From Bacteriovoracia bacterium (lineage in GTDB: Bacteria; Bdellovibrionota; Bacteriovoracia; Bacteriovoracales; Bacteriovoracaceae), in NCBI GenBank assembly GCA_046570105.1, contig JBKHVI010000012.1, forward strand, positions 1 to 54,673: 54,673 nt of DNA, read 5' to 3'. Shown here piece after piece: positions 38,341 through 47,911 of the stretch (the first letter of the stretch is position 1; each line of letters begins with the position of its first letter). The position numbers were made by a program, and so were the translations under genes. Below the pieces are notes generated by a model. The model made no database searches. It was given only the letters and a program-made list of their open reading frames with translations, and was not told the origin of the DNA.

Positions 38341-38356
38341 TGGCCCGAACCTTGCT
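38341..38356 (+). promoter_or_regulatory. Sigma-54 (-24/-12) promoter
   Basis: TGGCCC-GAACC-TTGCT fits TGGCAC-N5-TTGCW spacing, upstream of 38383. Confidence 0.6.
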
Positions 38357-38382
38357 CATTAGTTATTAACCAAGGGATCTTC

Positions 38383-38700
38383 ATGATCAAATTAATGGTG
38401 TTTAGTTTTTTCTGTTTTATGAGTGCGATGAGTCTCGCTAGTCCTGTGCGTATTGAGGCGATTGGCGCCTCACCAAAAGGACAATACGTCGCGATTGAAG
38501 AGTATGGTTATAACCAAGGTTTAAAGACTTTCTACTCGCGTATTCGCTTAATGAACTTGTGGAAAAATCAGGACGCAGCACCTGTCATCGAGATTGAAAA
38601 GAAAGCCCGTCATCCTGATGATTTAATCCGAATTCGTGAAGAGGCTCGCTTGCAAGCAGCTGATCAATTAGAAAAATTCAATATCGTTACTTCAGGCTAA
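38383..38700 (+). CDS. Small secreted protein (DUF2259-like)
   Basis: Signal peptide; IGASPKGQYVAIEEYG pattern. Confidence 0.6.
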   Translation: MIKLMVFSFFCFMSAMSLASPVRIEAIGASPKGQYVAIEEYGYNQGLKTFYSRIRLMNLWKNQDAAPVIEIEKKARHPDDLIRIREEARLQAADQLEKFNIVTSG

Positions 38701-39493
38701 AAAACTCAGGCACCAAATCACATGCTTCACCTTGCATGAACACATCCACCACACTTTGCTGCGGCAAGGGCTCTTTATTCATCACAACTGTTTTGGCGCC
38801 ATGTGATTTAGCAATTTCTAAAAAAGCTGCAGCAGGATAAACGACTCCGCTGGTACCCAGACTTACAAACAAATCACATTTTTCTAGCTCGCCCAGAATA
38901 CGACTCATAAAGAATGGCTCTTCACCAAACCAAACGATGTGGGGTCTTAAAACAGCGTCACAACAAGGTGAAAGCGGCAGTCCCCCATCAACCTTCACAT
39001 CATAATTCACCAAGGCTTCTTCACTAGCGAGTGTGGCTTCATCTAAAAGATCACTTCTGCGCGGTAATCCGACTTCCGGTAACCAGGCCATATCGTCCCA
39101 CCACACATGGCCGCAATAAGTGCAGCGTGAACGCTCGAGTGTTCCATGCATACAAATCGGCTCGAGATGACCAAGCTTTTGGGCACGACGATGAAGTCCA
39201 TCTACATTCTGTGTGACGAGAGTAAAATCTCCGGAAAATTCATTTAAAAATTTATCTAATGCGAAATGGGCTGCATTTGGTTTGGCCAGACCTGCGTTGA
39301 GACGTCTCATGGAATAGAACCGCCAAACGAGATATGGGTCTTTTTCGAAGGCTTCAGGTGTGGCCACATCTTCGATGCGATGATTTTCCCACAGACCATT
39401 TGAATCACGAAAAGTCGCAATCCCAGACGCAGCAGAGACTCCTGCTCCTGTCAGAACAACAATCCGTTTATAGTTTTTAATATTGAGAGACAT
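38687..39493 (-). CDS. cobB: Sir2-family NAD-dependent deacylase
   Basis: LTGAGVSAASGIATFR, TQNVDGLH, HG, CxxC, LRPHIVWFGE, GTSGVVYPAA. Confidence 0.93.
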   Translation of the reverse strand: MSLNIKNYKRIVVLTGAGVSAASGIATFRDSNGLWENHRIEDVATPEAFEKDPYLVWRFYSMRRLNAGLAKPNAAHFALDKFLNEFSGDFTLVTQNVDGLHRRAQKLGHLEPICMHGTLERSRCTYCGHVWWDDMAWLPEVGLPRRSDLLDEATLASEEALVNYDVKVDGGLPLSPCCDAVLRPHIVWFGEEPFFMSRILGELEKCDLFVSLGTSGVVYPAAAFLEIAKSHGAKTVVMNKEPLPQQSVVDVFMQGEACDLVPEFFSLK

Positions 39494-39508
39494 GAAATTA
39501 GGCTAACA

Positions 39509-40360
39509 CTAAAGATTATTTTGAGCATCAGCAATATGACGCCAAAACTCTTCTGTCATCGCACGCAAAAGAATAACTTTCTCCTCCTGACGTGTTTCTT
39601 CAATGACTAACGTCTCGCGACAATTATTTTGCGTATTAACGGTAAAATCTTTCTCACCGGCAATCAGCACACCGAGCATCTCGTCACGATCGTTGTACAC
39701 CGGTGATCCTGAGTTCCCTTGAAAAACGTCTAAAGATGCCAAGATGAAATGTGCTTCCGCTTCTTTGCTTAAACCCAGTCCTGAGTATTTGAGTGGCAAT
39801 CCCACAGGTGAGCCGAGGGCGTAAATATGAGTCGTGACAGGAGCACTCGCTGTGAGCTTTTGTACGGCTTCTGTTGCTGCGCTTTTTTCTAATTGCACGA
39901 TACTCAAATCAAGTTTCTCATCACTTAAGAGAATCTTTTCGCAGCGATAAGTATTCTCGAGATTAAACTCTCCTGACTTATCACCCACTACATCTGTGCG
40001 GTAATTAAACGCCCAACGGTAGCGCTCACAATCAAGCGCCGTTTTCATACAATGGCGCGCGGTTAAGATCAGACCGTTCCCTACATGCACTCCCGTGCAA
40101 ACAGCGATGGAAGGTTGTTCCGCAAAACGATCATCTGGGCAAACGCGCAAGCGCTCTTTGAGGCTGGCGCTTTTTACTTTGGGCAATTGCCAAACAAAAC
40201 GGTTGTGAATCGCAACAGCAACAGGTCGAGAGCGATCAAGATGTTCCGTGAAGACAACTTCTTCGCGATCATCGGTACCGTAAATAGTGGCAGGAACCAT
40301 GCTATTCATGGGAGCAGCGACAGAGCTAAAAATTGAGAGCGAAAAGAGGATCCACAGCAT
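39509..40360 (-). CDS. Secreted trypsin-like serine protease
   Basis: IYGTDDR, CTG, TARHC, DLSI, GNSGSPV; probable start MLWILF 40360. Confidence 0.88.
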   Translation of the reverse strand: MLWILFSLSIFSSVAAPMNSMVPATIYGTDDREEVVFTEHLDRSRPVAVAIHNRFVWQLPKVKSASLKERLRVCPDDRFAEQPSIAVCTGVHVGNGLILTARHCMKTALDCERYRWAFNYRTDVVGDKSGEFNLENTYRCEKILLSDEKLDLSIVQLEKSAATEAVQKLTASAPVTTHIYALGSPVGLPLKYSGLGLSKEAEAHFILASLDVFQGNSGSPVYNDRDEMLGVLIAGEKDFTVNTQNNCRETLVIEETRQEEKVILLRAMTEEFWRHIADAQNNL

Positions 40361-40412
40361 GGGGAAAAGTATCCCCTGGACACTCAATTTAAGGTGGGAA
40401 TTTGTAAACTTT

Positions 40413-41360
40413 TCAAACCCATTGAGAGCGGCAATCCACACTTCTGACTAGAAATTCCATAAGATGCAAATGGCGTCTCATGGTGCGGGCATAGCGATGT
40501 TTTTTAACCGGGTTATAAAGCCCATTGGCCATGAAAAGCTGCCATGGATTTTTCTTCACCCACATCCATGAACCCATCTCTAAGGTCAGAGGTAGAAAAG
40601 TTGCACTTGGATGCTTTTCTTGCTGTCTCATATAGAGCCAATCCCACAGATCTCCGTGAGTCATATAGTTCAAATTCTGCGGTTCAATTTTATAAATATG
40701 GTAGGGATAAGTCGCTTCGAACAAACTCGTTAAACGCTCCATCGCGGGGGCATGGGGAAAGGCTTCCGCGCATTTGGCCCACGGATACCAAAGGCGATCT
40801 TTCATACCAAATCCCGAATGCAAATCGAGACTCACAGCAACCTTGGCTTGAAACATATACCGTTCCACAAAATCTGCCACGGCCTTAGTTTCTACTTCCA
40901 ACCCGTTGCCTCGATACCATGGCAATCGTGAGCTTAAACGCTGACCTGAAACACCTGGCAGAAGCTTTCCCACCGCCTCGACAGGGGCATTTCGCATCAG
41001 ATCCACACCATGAACATTCGAGCGACGATTTAAGGCAAACCCTGTTGGGTTAATAATGGGAATGGAAACAACTCGATTACGTTCAAAAAATTCTTCCCAG
41101 CTTCTATCCCATACACCTTTCACAAAAAGGGTCCGCAAGAAGGCCAAGAGCACATGGCTTCCTACCCGCTCCAGCCCATGAACCCCTGCAAAAAGTCCGC
41201 AGGTGGGCGCGGCCGGGTCTTGGCTGCCCATGACTAACCCTAAGAGGGGAAAGCTGGTCTGACCAACCGTGACACTGCCCAAATTCTCCACTCGCACACG
41301 GTTACTGTGCGCCTCGATGAGACGTTCGACTTCTACCAGCTCAGGGACAAATGGCACCAT
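40413..41360 (-). CDS. M14-family zinc carboxypeptidase-like protein
   Basis: GVHGLE, NP.G, RRSN..GVDLMRN, LDLHSG, TLEMG. Confidence 0.85.
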   Translation of the reverse strand: MVPFVPELVEVERLIEAHSNRVRVENLGSVTVGQTSFPLLGLVMGSQDPAAPTCGLFAGVHGLERVGSHVLLAFLRTLFVKGVWDRSWEEFFERNRVVSIPIINPTGFALNRRSNVHGVDLMRNAPVEAVGKLLPGVSGQRLSSRLPWYRGNGLEVETKAVADFVERYMFQAKVAVSLDLHSGFGMKDRLWYPWAKCAEAFPHAPAMERLTSLFEATYPYHIYKIEPQNLNYMTHGDLWDWLYMRQQEKHPSATFLPLTLEMGSWMWVKKNPWQLFMANGLYNPVKKHRYARTMRRHLHLMEFLVRSVDCRSQWV

Positions 41361-41491
41361 TCATCAATGTTACGCCTGAGAGGAGAAGTTAGAAGCTGAC
41401 GGCAATTTTTGCTATTCCCAAGGGTACTGGTGCTTTATGCTAGGATTTCGCTCAGAAGCACTGATGCTTCTGCCCCGTAAGGATGAAGGCC

Positions 41492-43090
41492 ATGTGTGGT
41501 CTATTTGGTTCTCTTGGAAACGCCCTTAAATTCCCCGAATTCAACGAAGTTTTTAATGAACTCCGTCATCGTGGACCAGATGATACCCGTATTATTCAGC
41601 CTAACGGCGAAGTCACGTTGGGCTTTCATCGCTTAGCGATTATGGATACATCCCACGCGGGTGATCAACCATTCAAAGATCCTGAACGCGCTGTTTGGTT
41701 ATTATGTAATGGCGAAGTTTATAATTACCCAGAGCTCTACCAAACTTATCAAGCGACCTATCCCTTCAGCTCTCACTCAGATTGCGAGCCGATTCTTCCG
41801 CTCTATCGTCAGTACGGAATTGCTGAAACCGCTCGCCGCTTAGATGCAGAATTTGCACTCGTCATTTGGGATGGTGATAAAAACAAACTCTTCGCTGCTC
41901 GTGACCCGATCGGCATTCGTCCGCTTTTTTATGGTAACTCGCTCATTGATGGCAAAATCATGTTTGCTTCAGAGGCCAAAGTTCTCGCACCTCTATGCCA
42001 AGATGTAAGTCCGTTCCCACCTGGTCACTACTACGACGGAGAAGGTAACTTCGTTTGCTATCGTCGTATCACAGAAGTTAAAAAATTCACTGAAGACCCA
42101 AAAGACAAAGTTCTCAAAGAAATTCGTGAACGTTTGATTGAAGGTGTTCGTAAACGTCTGGTGGCGGATGTTCCCGTGGGCTACCTACTCTCGGGTGGTC
42201 TTGATTCAAGTCTCGTGTGTGGAATCGCAGCTCATATTTTAAAAAAGCCCTTAGTGACTTTCTCAGTGGGCCTGAACAAAAGTCCGATTGATCTTCCTTA
42301 TGCCAAAAAAGTCGCTGACTTCATTCATTCGGATCACCACGAAGTTTATTTCACTGAAGAAGATACGCTCGCCAATGTTCGTGATGTGATTTGGCATCTT
42401 GAGACGTGGGATATCACCACTATTCGTGCTTCGATTGGCATGTATCTGGTCTGTAAATACATTCATGAGAAAACTAAAATCAAAGTGGTTCTCACTGGTG
42501 AAGTCAGTGATGAAATCTTTGGATACAAGTACACTGACTTTGCACCCAACGGTGCTGAATTCCAGAAAGAAGCCACCAAACGTGTCGATGAACTTTACAT
42601 GTATGACGTCCTTCGCGCTGATCGCTGTATCTCGGCTCACTCACTCGAAGCGCGCGTTCCTTTTGCTGACTTGGATTTTGTGTCTTACTGCATGTCCATA
42701 CCCACTGAACTCAAGATGAATACAACCGGTGTTGGAAAATATATTCTTCGTAAAGCTTTTGATGGCATGAAAATTCTCCCTGACGAAATTCTCATGCGGG
42801 AGAAAGCCGCCTTCTCAGATGCTGTTGGCCACTCGATGGTCGACACTCTTAAGGCCTATGCCGAAAATAAATACACCGACGCTGATCTTGAACGCGCGCG
42901 CGTGCAATATCCACACGGCACACCGTTCACTAAAGAATCTCTTTGGTATCGCGAGATTTTTGAAGAGTTCTATCCTGGTCGTGCGGGAATGATTAAAGAT
43001 TTCTGGATGCCCAACAAATCGTGGGAAGGATGCAACGTGAATGATCCATCCGCACGAGTGCTATCAAATTATGGTAAGTCGGGAGTCTAA
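41492..43090 (+). CDS. asnB: Asparagine synthase B (glutamine-hydrolysing)
   Basis: MCG N-terminal nucleophile (ATG 41492), HRGPD, HRLAIMD, NGEVYN, ARDPIGIRPL, LSGGLDSS, LEARVPF. Confidence 0.95.
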   Translation: MCGLFGSLGNALKFPEFNEVFNELRHRGPDDTRIIQPNGEVTLGFHRLAIMDTSHAGDQPFKDPERAVWLLCNGEVYNYPELYQTYQATYPFSSHSDCEPILPLYRQYGIAETARRLDAEFALVIWDGDKNKLFAARDPIGIRPLFYGNSLIDGKIMFASEAKVLAPLCQDVSPFPPGHYYDGEGNFVCYRRITEVKKFTEDPKDKVLKEIRERLIEGVRKRLVADVPVGYLLSGGLDSSLVCGIAAHILKKPLVTFSVGLNKSPIDLPYAKKVADFIHSDHHEVYFTEEDTLANVRDVIWHLETWDITTIRASIGMYLVCKYIHEKTKIKVVLTGEVSDEIFGYKYTDFAPNGAEFQKEATKRVDELYMYDVLRADRCISAHSLEARVPFADLDFVSYCMSIPTELKMNTTGVGKYILRKAFDGMKILPDEILMREKAAFSDAVGHSMVDTLKAYAENKYTDADLERARVQYPHGTPFTKESLWYREIFEEFYPGRAGMIKDFWMPNKSWEGCNVNDPSARVLSNYGKSGV

Positions 43091-43465
43091 TTAGCGGGCC
43101 GTCACGACGTCGTGGATATACTCCATGACGTTCAAGCGGCATTGAGCAGCTTTCGAAGCATAATCGCTACCTGGCTGACCATAAGCATGGTTGCAGCGAC
43201 GATTCATCGACTTATACAAACGAAAATCCTCACGCGAAAGATTTCCGAGTTCCGTAAAACAAACATTCACCGCTGCTTCAACTGTATCGACATCGGCCGA
43301 TGTACCGAACGAACATTTGCGAGCCACAGCAATCGCCACTTCACAATCAAGTGAGATCTCGACTTGCAAGACAACATCACCGGCATCTTCCATACAAACG
43401 ATGGAGTCATTGGCGAATACGGGTAAACTGAGCAAAAGAAATCCGGCCAAAACCAAAAATTTCAT
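43091..43465 (-). CDS. Secreted Cys-rich hypothetical protein
   Basis: Signal peptide, 6 Cys. Confidence 0.65.
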   Translation of the reverse strand: MKFLVLAGFLLLSLPVFANDSIVCMEDAGDVVLQVEISLDCEVAIAVARKCSFGTSADVDTVEAAVNVCFTELGNLSREDFRLYKSMNRRCNHAYGQPGSDYASKAAQCRLNVMEYIHDVVTAR

Positions 43466-43579
43466 ACGCTAACTCCATGAGGGGTAGACAATTAAACCTG
43501 AGCAAAACGTTTTGTCACGCGACAAACCCAAAAAGAGTTTGAGACGCTTACCCCACTCATGCTTTATCAAGGAGATATT

Positions 43580-43891
43580 ATGAAGAAGCTTATGATTATC
43601 GCTGCTCTTGCCCTTACCTCTTCTGCTTACGCTGCCACTGTGAAAGTCACTTCTTACGTTTACCTACGTTCAGGTGAGCCACAAGCTGAACTTTGCGGTC
43701 TGGTAGAAGACGCAGAGACAACTCCAAGTTTCATCCGCGTTCAAGTTGACCACCGCACCAATCGTCCAGCGACTTACAATACAGTTGCTGGCGCAGACGG
43801 TCGTTTCTGTATTTCAGTAGTTACCTACCGCGGTACTGCTGAAGTTCGTTTGTTTGACGCAGAGAGCGGCACAGAGGCCATTCTCAAGTAA
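43580..43891 (+). CDS. Small secreted hypothetical protein
   Basis: AAGGAG RBS, MKKLMIIAALALTSSAYA signal peptide. Confidence 0.7.
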   Translation: MKKLMIIAALALTSSAYAATVKVTSYVYLRSGEPQAELCGLVEDAETTPSFIRVQVDHRTNRPATYNTVAGADGRFCISVVTYRGTAEVRLFDAESGTEAILK

Positions 43892-43905
43892 TTCTCGTTC
43901 ACGAA

Positions 43906-43940
43906 GCAGCAACCTCGAATCTGGGGTTGCTGCCTTTTTT
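43906..43940 (+). terminator. Rho-independent terminator
   Basis: gcagcaacc...ggttgctgc stem followed by a T tract. Confidence 0.8.
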
Positions 43941-44008
43941 CCATTAACAACTTCGGCTTCTGCGACTATCCTTCGGCTTCTTTTTAAGCCATCTTCTGGA
44001 GGATTTTC

Positions 44009-44707
44009 ATGAGGCTCATGCTCGTATTGGCACTATTGTGTGCATTCCCCGCTCTCGCTGCTCTTACTCACGAATCAGAACTCTCACTTGTGAATGCTGG
44101 TGGTAACTCTGAACTTCAGGCCTACAACAGCGTGACTAAAAACAAATACCAATTCGAAAAGAACGCCCTGACTTTCGGCGGTCACTACACTTACGGCGAA
44201 GCCAACAATTCACTCTCTGCGCGTAACTGGGACGTCAACGGTCAATTCGAACTTGGTCTCTCTGATCGCTTCTCTGCCATCGTCGGAGAAATCATTGAAG
44301 GTAACCGCTTCCAAGATGTGAAAGCACGTTACAACTCTGACTTGGGTGGTAAGTACTCAATCGTGAAAAGCGACAAACAAACTTGGGTTGCTGAATTAGC
44401 TTATCGTTATACGGCTGAAGATCGCTACGTCGCAGAAAACGTTTATCAGCACAAGGCGCGCACTTATACTGAATGGGCCTATAAATATTCTGAAACTCTT
44501 CAGTGGAAAATCTGGCTTGAGTACGTTCCAAACTTTTCTGACGGCCGTGACTGGATGACAACTGGTGAAGCTTCAATGACTTCTATTCTCACTTCAACGT
44601 TCTCTCTCAAGGTCGCCTACAAAGGCCTCTACGATAATCTTCCGGCCAACACAGGTCTTAAGAATTACGACTACATCACAACCACAAGTTTGGTGGCTAA
44701 GTTCTAA
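44009..44707 (+). CDS. DUF481/YdiY-like outer-membrane beta-barrel protein
   Basis: Signal peptide, GGNSE, beta strands, terminal Phe (LVAKF). Confidence 0.75.
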   Translation: MRLMLVLALLCAFPALAALTHESELSLVNAGGNSELQAYNSVTKNKYQFEKNALTFGGHYTYGEANNSLSARNWDVNGQFELGLSDRFSAIVGEIIEGNRFQDVKARYNSDLGGKYSIVKSDKQTWVAELAYRYTAEDRYVAENVYQHKARTYTEWAYKYSETLQWKIWLEYVPNFSDGRDWMTTGEASMTSILTSTFSLKVAYKGLYDNLPANTGLKNYDYITTTSLVAKF

Positions 44708-44709
44708 AG

Positions 44710-44740
44710 AAAAAGGCCCCGAAAGGGGCCTTATTTATTT
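44710..44740. terminator. Bidirectional terminator
   Basis: aaaaaggcccc-gaaa-ggggccttattt between convergent genes. Confidence 0.8.
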
Positions 44741-45367
44741 CCGCTTTCGTTTCACCAACATCATTCCATCTCGCACAGGTAGCAAACTCGTTACAAAATC
44801 ATCCCATGAAGCGACAAGTTTATTCGTCTCTTGAATCGCTTGGGTGTGAGAATCGGGATTTTGTTGCAGCACTTTGCCACTCCACAAAGCATTGTCGATA
44901 ACCATGATGCCGCTATCACTCAAATGCTCGCGTCCCCAAGTGACATAGAAGGGATAATTCACTTTGTCGGCATCGATGAAGATGAGATCGAAGTTGCCTT
45001 GAAGTGTGGGCAGGTAGTCCGTGCCTGGAGTAAGGACTGCCTTGATTTTTTTGCCATGGGGACTTTTGTCCCAATAGGTTTGCGCAATCGCCGTGGTACC
45101 GGTGTTGATATCAATAGTAATCAGCTCACCATCGGCCGGAAGTTGCTCGGCCATACATAAAGATGAGTAGCCGGTGAAAGTTCCCAACTCCAAGATTCTC
45201 TTAGCGCCGATGCTGTGAATGAGGAGGGTTAAAAGTGAAGCCTCCATTTCCCCAATCAGCATCTGGCTGCCAGGAATAGCGGCTCGGGTATAAGTCTCAA
45301 GCTCACGCGCCAGTGAAGACGGGCGTTTAGAGTGTGCAATACAGTAGTTTTGTAGTTCGTTTTCCAT
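44735..45367 (-). CDS. O-methyltransferase (caffeoyl-CoA/COMT-like family)
   Basis: LELGTFTGYS, FDLIFIDADK.NY, DNALWSG, LPVRDG. Confidence 0.9.
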   Translation of the reverse strand: MENELQNYCIAHSKRPSSLARELETYTRAAIPGSQMLIGEMEASLLTLLIHSIGAKRILELGTFTGYSSLCMAEQLPADGELITIDINTGTTAIAQTYWDKSPHGKKIKAVLTPGTDYLPTLQGNFDLIFIDADKVNYPFYVTWGREHLSDSGIMVIDNALWSGKVLQQNPDSHTQAIQETNKLVASWDDFVTSLLPVRDGMMLVKRKRK

Positions 45368-45462
45368 GCCGCATCCTACCCCTTTTTCAGGTAAAAAATA
45401 CAGCTTCACCCCACAAAAATCCGGGATTCTCTACAATTCTCTTAATCATCAAAGGGATTTTT

Positions 45463-47172
45463 ATGCGTATGACTTCAGCTCTACTGGCGACCACTCTTAT
45501 GCTCACAGCATCGATGACGGCCTTTGCCGACATTAACTTGCGAGTCGTAGATAACTACGGACTAGCGGCCAATGAAGAACTGTGGAAAAAAGTTAAGACT
45601 GACGATGTCCCAGAAGCACTGGTGTCAAATGTTACTCTTAGAGACCCCACAAATTCTTATGCCAGTTTATTTCCTAAAGCTTTTTACCAAGAAGAAGACT
45701 TCTTAGTTTGTTTTAAGAACTGTCAGAACTCAGATGCGAAATCAGGCAAAGAAGTGCTTGAGCAACAAACTGTTTATTACTGGCTCTCTCGTTTTTATTC
45801 TATGGCCCGTGAACGCCTTGATCTTAGACCTACCGGTCGCGTGGGCGTACTGACCACCCGTGAAGTACGCGATCCGGGTAGTTCAAAAATTATGCGCAAT
45901 AACGCATTCTTTAATCCAGCTGACGGCACACTTTCATTCTTGCCGGCGAGTTCAAATCCTTTAGCGGCTTTATTGGGTGCTGGAAAAATTAATCGTTCGG
46001 GTTTTGATCCTTCAGTGGTTGTGCACGAAGCTGGTCACTCACTCTTTCACGCCCTCTTTCCTCATTCAGTGAACAATGAAATCAGCGGACTCAACGAAGG
46101 CTTTGCTGATTACTTGGCCAACATCCTATTAGATAAACCGCAAGTCGGTCAGGTTATGTTGCGCGGAAAAACACTGCGCGACTCATCTTCTTATACTGAC
46201 TCATCAAATGCAGTGAAAATCTATAAACCGGGCCTTGAGGTTCATGATTTGGGTGAACGTTTCGCTGCTGCTTTGTGGTTATCTCGTGCACGCGTAAGTG
46301 ATAAAGAGGCTTATGATCGCATGGTGATTGATGCAGTAGAGGGCATCGCCAAAAATCCATTCGCTACAGGTCATAGTTTCAAGAAAGCTTTTCTTGAGCG
46401 AGCTGAATTCGCTTACGACAATGAAATATACCGAACCATTAAAGCGAATTGGGAAGTCTTCATTCCAGGCGAAGACAAAGTTTATAAGGACACTGCGTTT
46501 TTAAAGGCACCCATTCAAAGTGAAGGAGCCTTTGGTCTACGCACTCAAACTGTTTTCCCAGAAAGTATCGCGCGTGAATTAGGTATCAAAGGTGAAAAAT
46601 CGAAGTTCATTTATATCAAATCAGTCAAAACTGCTGACGGTTTCTTGGCCCACTTGGTGGCTTCAGAAAACGAAGATGTGACTTCACCTTACTGGATATT
46701 AGTTGATCCAGAGCGCGGAAATGCCTTGGGTGCTTGGTATCTCGATGGCACACATGTGGAAGGGACTGATATTGAAGAGGTCACACCCTTGGTTCGCCAG
46801 GCGATGTCGATTGGGGCCAGCCTTAACGACTTTATATCTCGTGGACAGCTCTTCTCTGACCTAACCCAAGGAAAAGGCGATCTGCGTATCGCTTACAAAA
46901 TTTCACACCACGAAAAGAATCCTATCCTTATCAATCTGGGAGCGGGTAATACCAACGCCATTGCTCACAAGCTCAAATTGAAACGTCGCCTTTTGGCACG
47001 AGTTCTTTTAGGGGTTCCAAACGTGAAGTCAGTGACCCTGACCACACTACCTGGAATGACCATAGCGGATCGCTGGCCTAAGCTCGAAGGAGCTTCGGTT
47101 GTTGGGATCGCGATGGAGCTTGAAGATGGCACACTAACTGAGACTTTCTTCGAGCAGGTGAGTCTCAAATAA
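45463..47172 (+). CDS. Secreted gluzincin metalloprotease (M4/M36-like)
   Basis: Signal peptide from ATG 45463; NNAFF, VVVHEAGH, LNEGFADY, EVH. Confidence 0.8.
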   Translation: MRMTSALLATTLMLTASMTAFADINLRVVDNYGLAANEELWKKVKTDDVPEALVSNVTLRDPTNSYASLFPKAFYQEEDFLVCFKNCQNSDAKSGKEVLEQQTVYYWLSRFYSMARERLDLRPTGRVGVLTTREVRDPGSSKIMRNNAFFNPADGTLSFLPASSNPLAALLGAGKINRSGFDPSVVVHEAGHSLFHALFPHSVNNEISGLNEGFADYLANILLDKPQVGQVMLRGKTLRDSSSYTDSSNAVKIYKPGLEVHDLGERFAAALWLSRARVSDKEAYDRMVIDAVEGIAKNPFATGHSFKKAFLERAEFAYDNEIYRTIKANWEVFIPGEDKVYKDTAFLKAPIQSEGAFGLRTQTVFPESIARELGIKGEKSKFIYIKSVKTADGFLAHLVASENEDVTSPYWILVDPERGNALGAWYLDGTHVEGTDIEEVTPLVRQAMSIGASLNDFISRGQLFSDLTQGKGDLRIAYKISHHEKNPILINLGAGNTNAIAHKLKLKRRLLARVLLGVPNVKSVTLTTLPGMTIADRWPKLEGASVVGIAMELEDGTLTETFFEQVSLK

Positions 47173-47182
47173 GGAGACTCAC

Positions 47183-47911
47183 ATGTTCCGCCTCGCTTCG
47201 ATTGTTGCACTTTCAGCTTTTATCATGACCGGCAGTGCTCAGGCCTATCCTGAGCTCATGCCTATGACAGACGAAATGGCACTTGAGTTAGGTATGACTC
47301 CTGCTGACCAAGTTCGTCGCGTGAAGATGAAGGCACCGAGTGCTGAACTTCTTCGCCGCCTCCAGGAAGAAAATAAAGTTGTCATCGTCGTTAATAAAGC
47401 TGCTGCTGGAGCTGGTGCGCAGACCATGACGATCTATGAGAACGGCGAACAAGTTATGAAGACAAAAGTTTCTACCGGCAAAGAAGAGCGCGTGACGGCA
47501 GCTTCTGGTCGCACTTATGTTTCAACCACTCCAAACGGTTTCTTCCGTCCAACTAAAATGTATACCGATTACCTTTCTTATACATGGAATGCACCGATGC
47601 CAAATGCTGTGTTCTTCGTAGGTGGTATCGCCATTCACGCGACAGGCGCATCTAACTACAGCAAGCTTGGTACACGCGCTTCAGGTGGCTGTGTTCGCAC
47701 GACTCTAGAAGATTCTAAGAAAGTCAGGGAGTTTGTGATGGACACAGGCCGCGGTAGCGCTCCAGGTATGTATGTTATTAAGAAAGAAGCCGCTGGCAGA
47801 AATATCATCACTGGTAACACCGTGAGCGTTTCAGCAATCAATCGTAACTCAGGTCTTCGCACAGGAAGCTTAGTGCAGAACTGGGACACGATTATTATCG
47901 TTCACGAATAA
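47183..47911 (+). CDS. L,D-transpeptidase (YkuD family)
   Basis: VSTG, TP.G.F, MP.AVFF..GIAIHAT...LG..ASGGCVR. Confidence 0.88.
   Translation: MFRLASIVALSAFIMTGSAQAYPELMPMTDEMALELGMTPADQVRRVKMKAPSAELLRRLQEENKVVIVVNKAAAGAGAQTMTIYENGEQVMKTKVSTGKEERVTAASGRTYVSTTPNGFFRPTKMYTDYLSYTWNAPMPNAVFFVGGIAIHATGASNYSKLGTRASGGCVRTTLEDSKKVREFVMDTGRGSAPGMYVIKKEAAGRNIITGNTVSVSAINRNSGLRTGSLVQNWDTIIIVHE

Noticed and set aside
38687..39493. Sir2 anti-phage effector (Thoeris/DSR-type)
   Set aside because: It has the Zn-binding insert and all motifs of housekeeping CobB deacylases, with no defence partners.
41492..43090. AsnB as a lasso-peptide cyclase for the cluster
   Set aside because: It has the intact Cys-initiated glutaminase domain of canonical AsnB, lies in housekeeping context more than 15 kb away, and has no B protein or RRE nearby.
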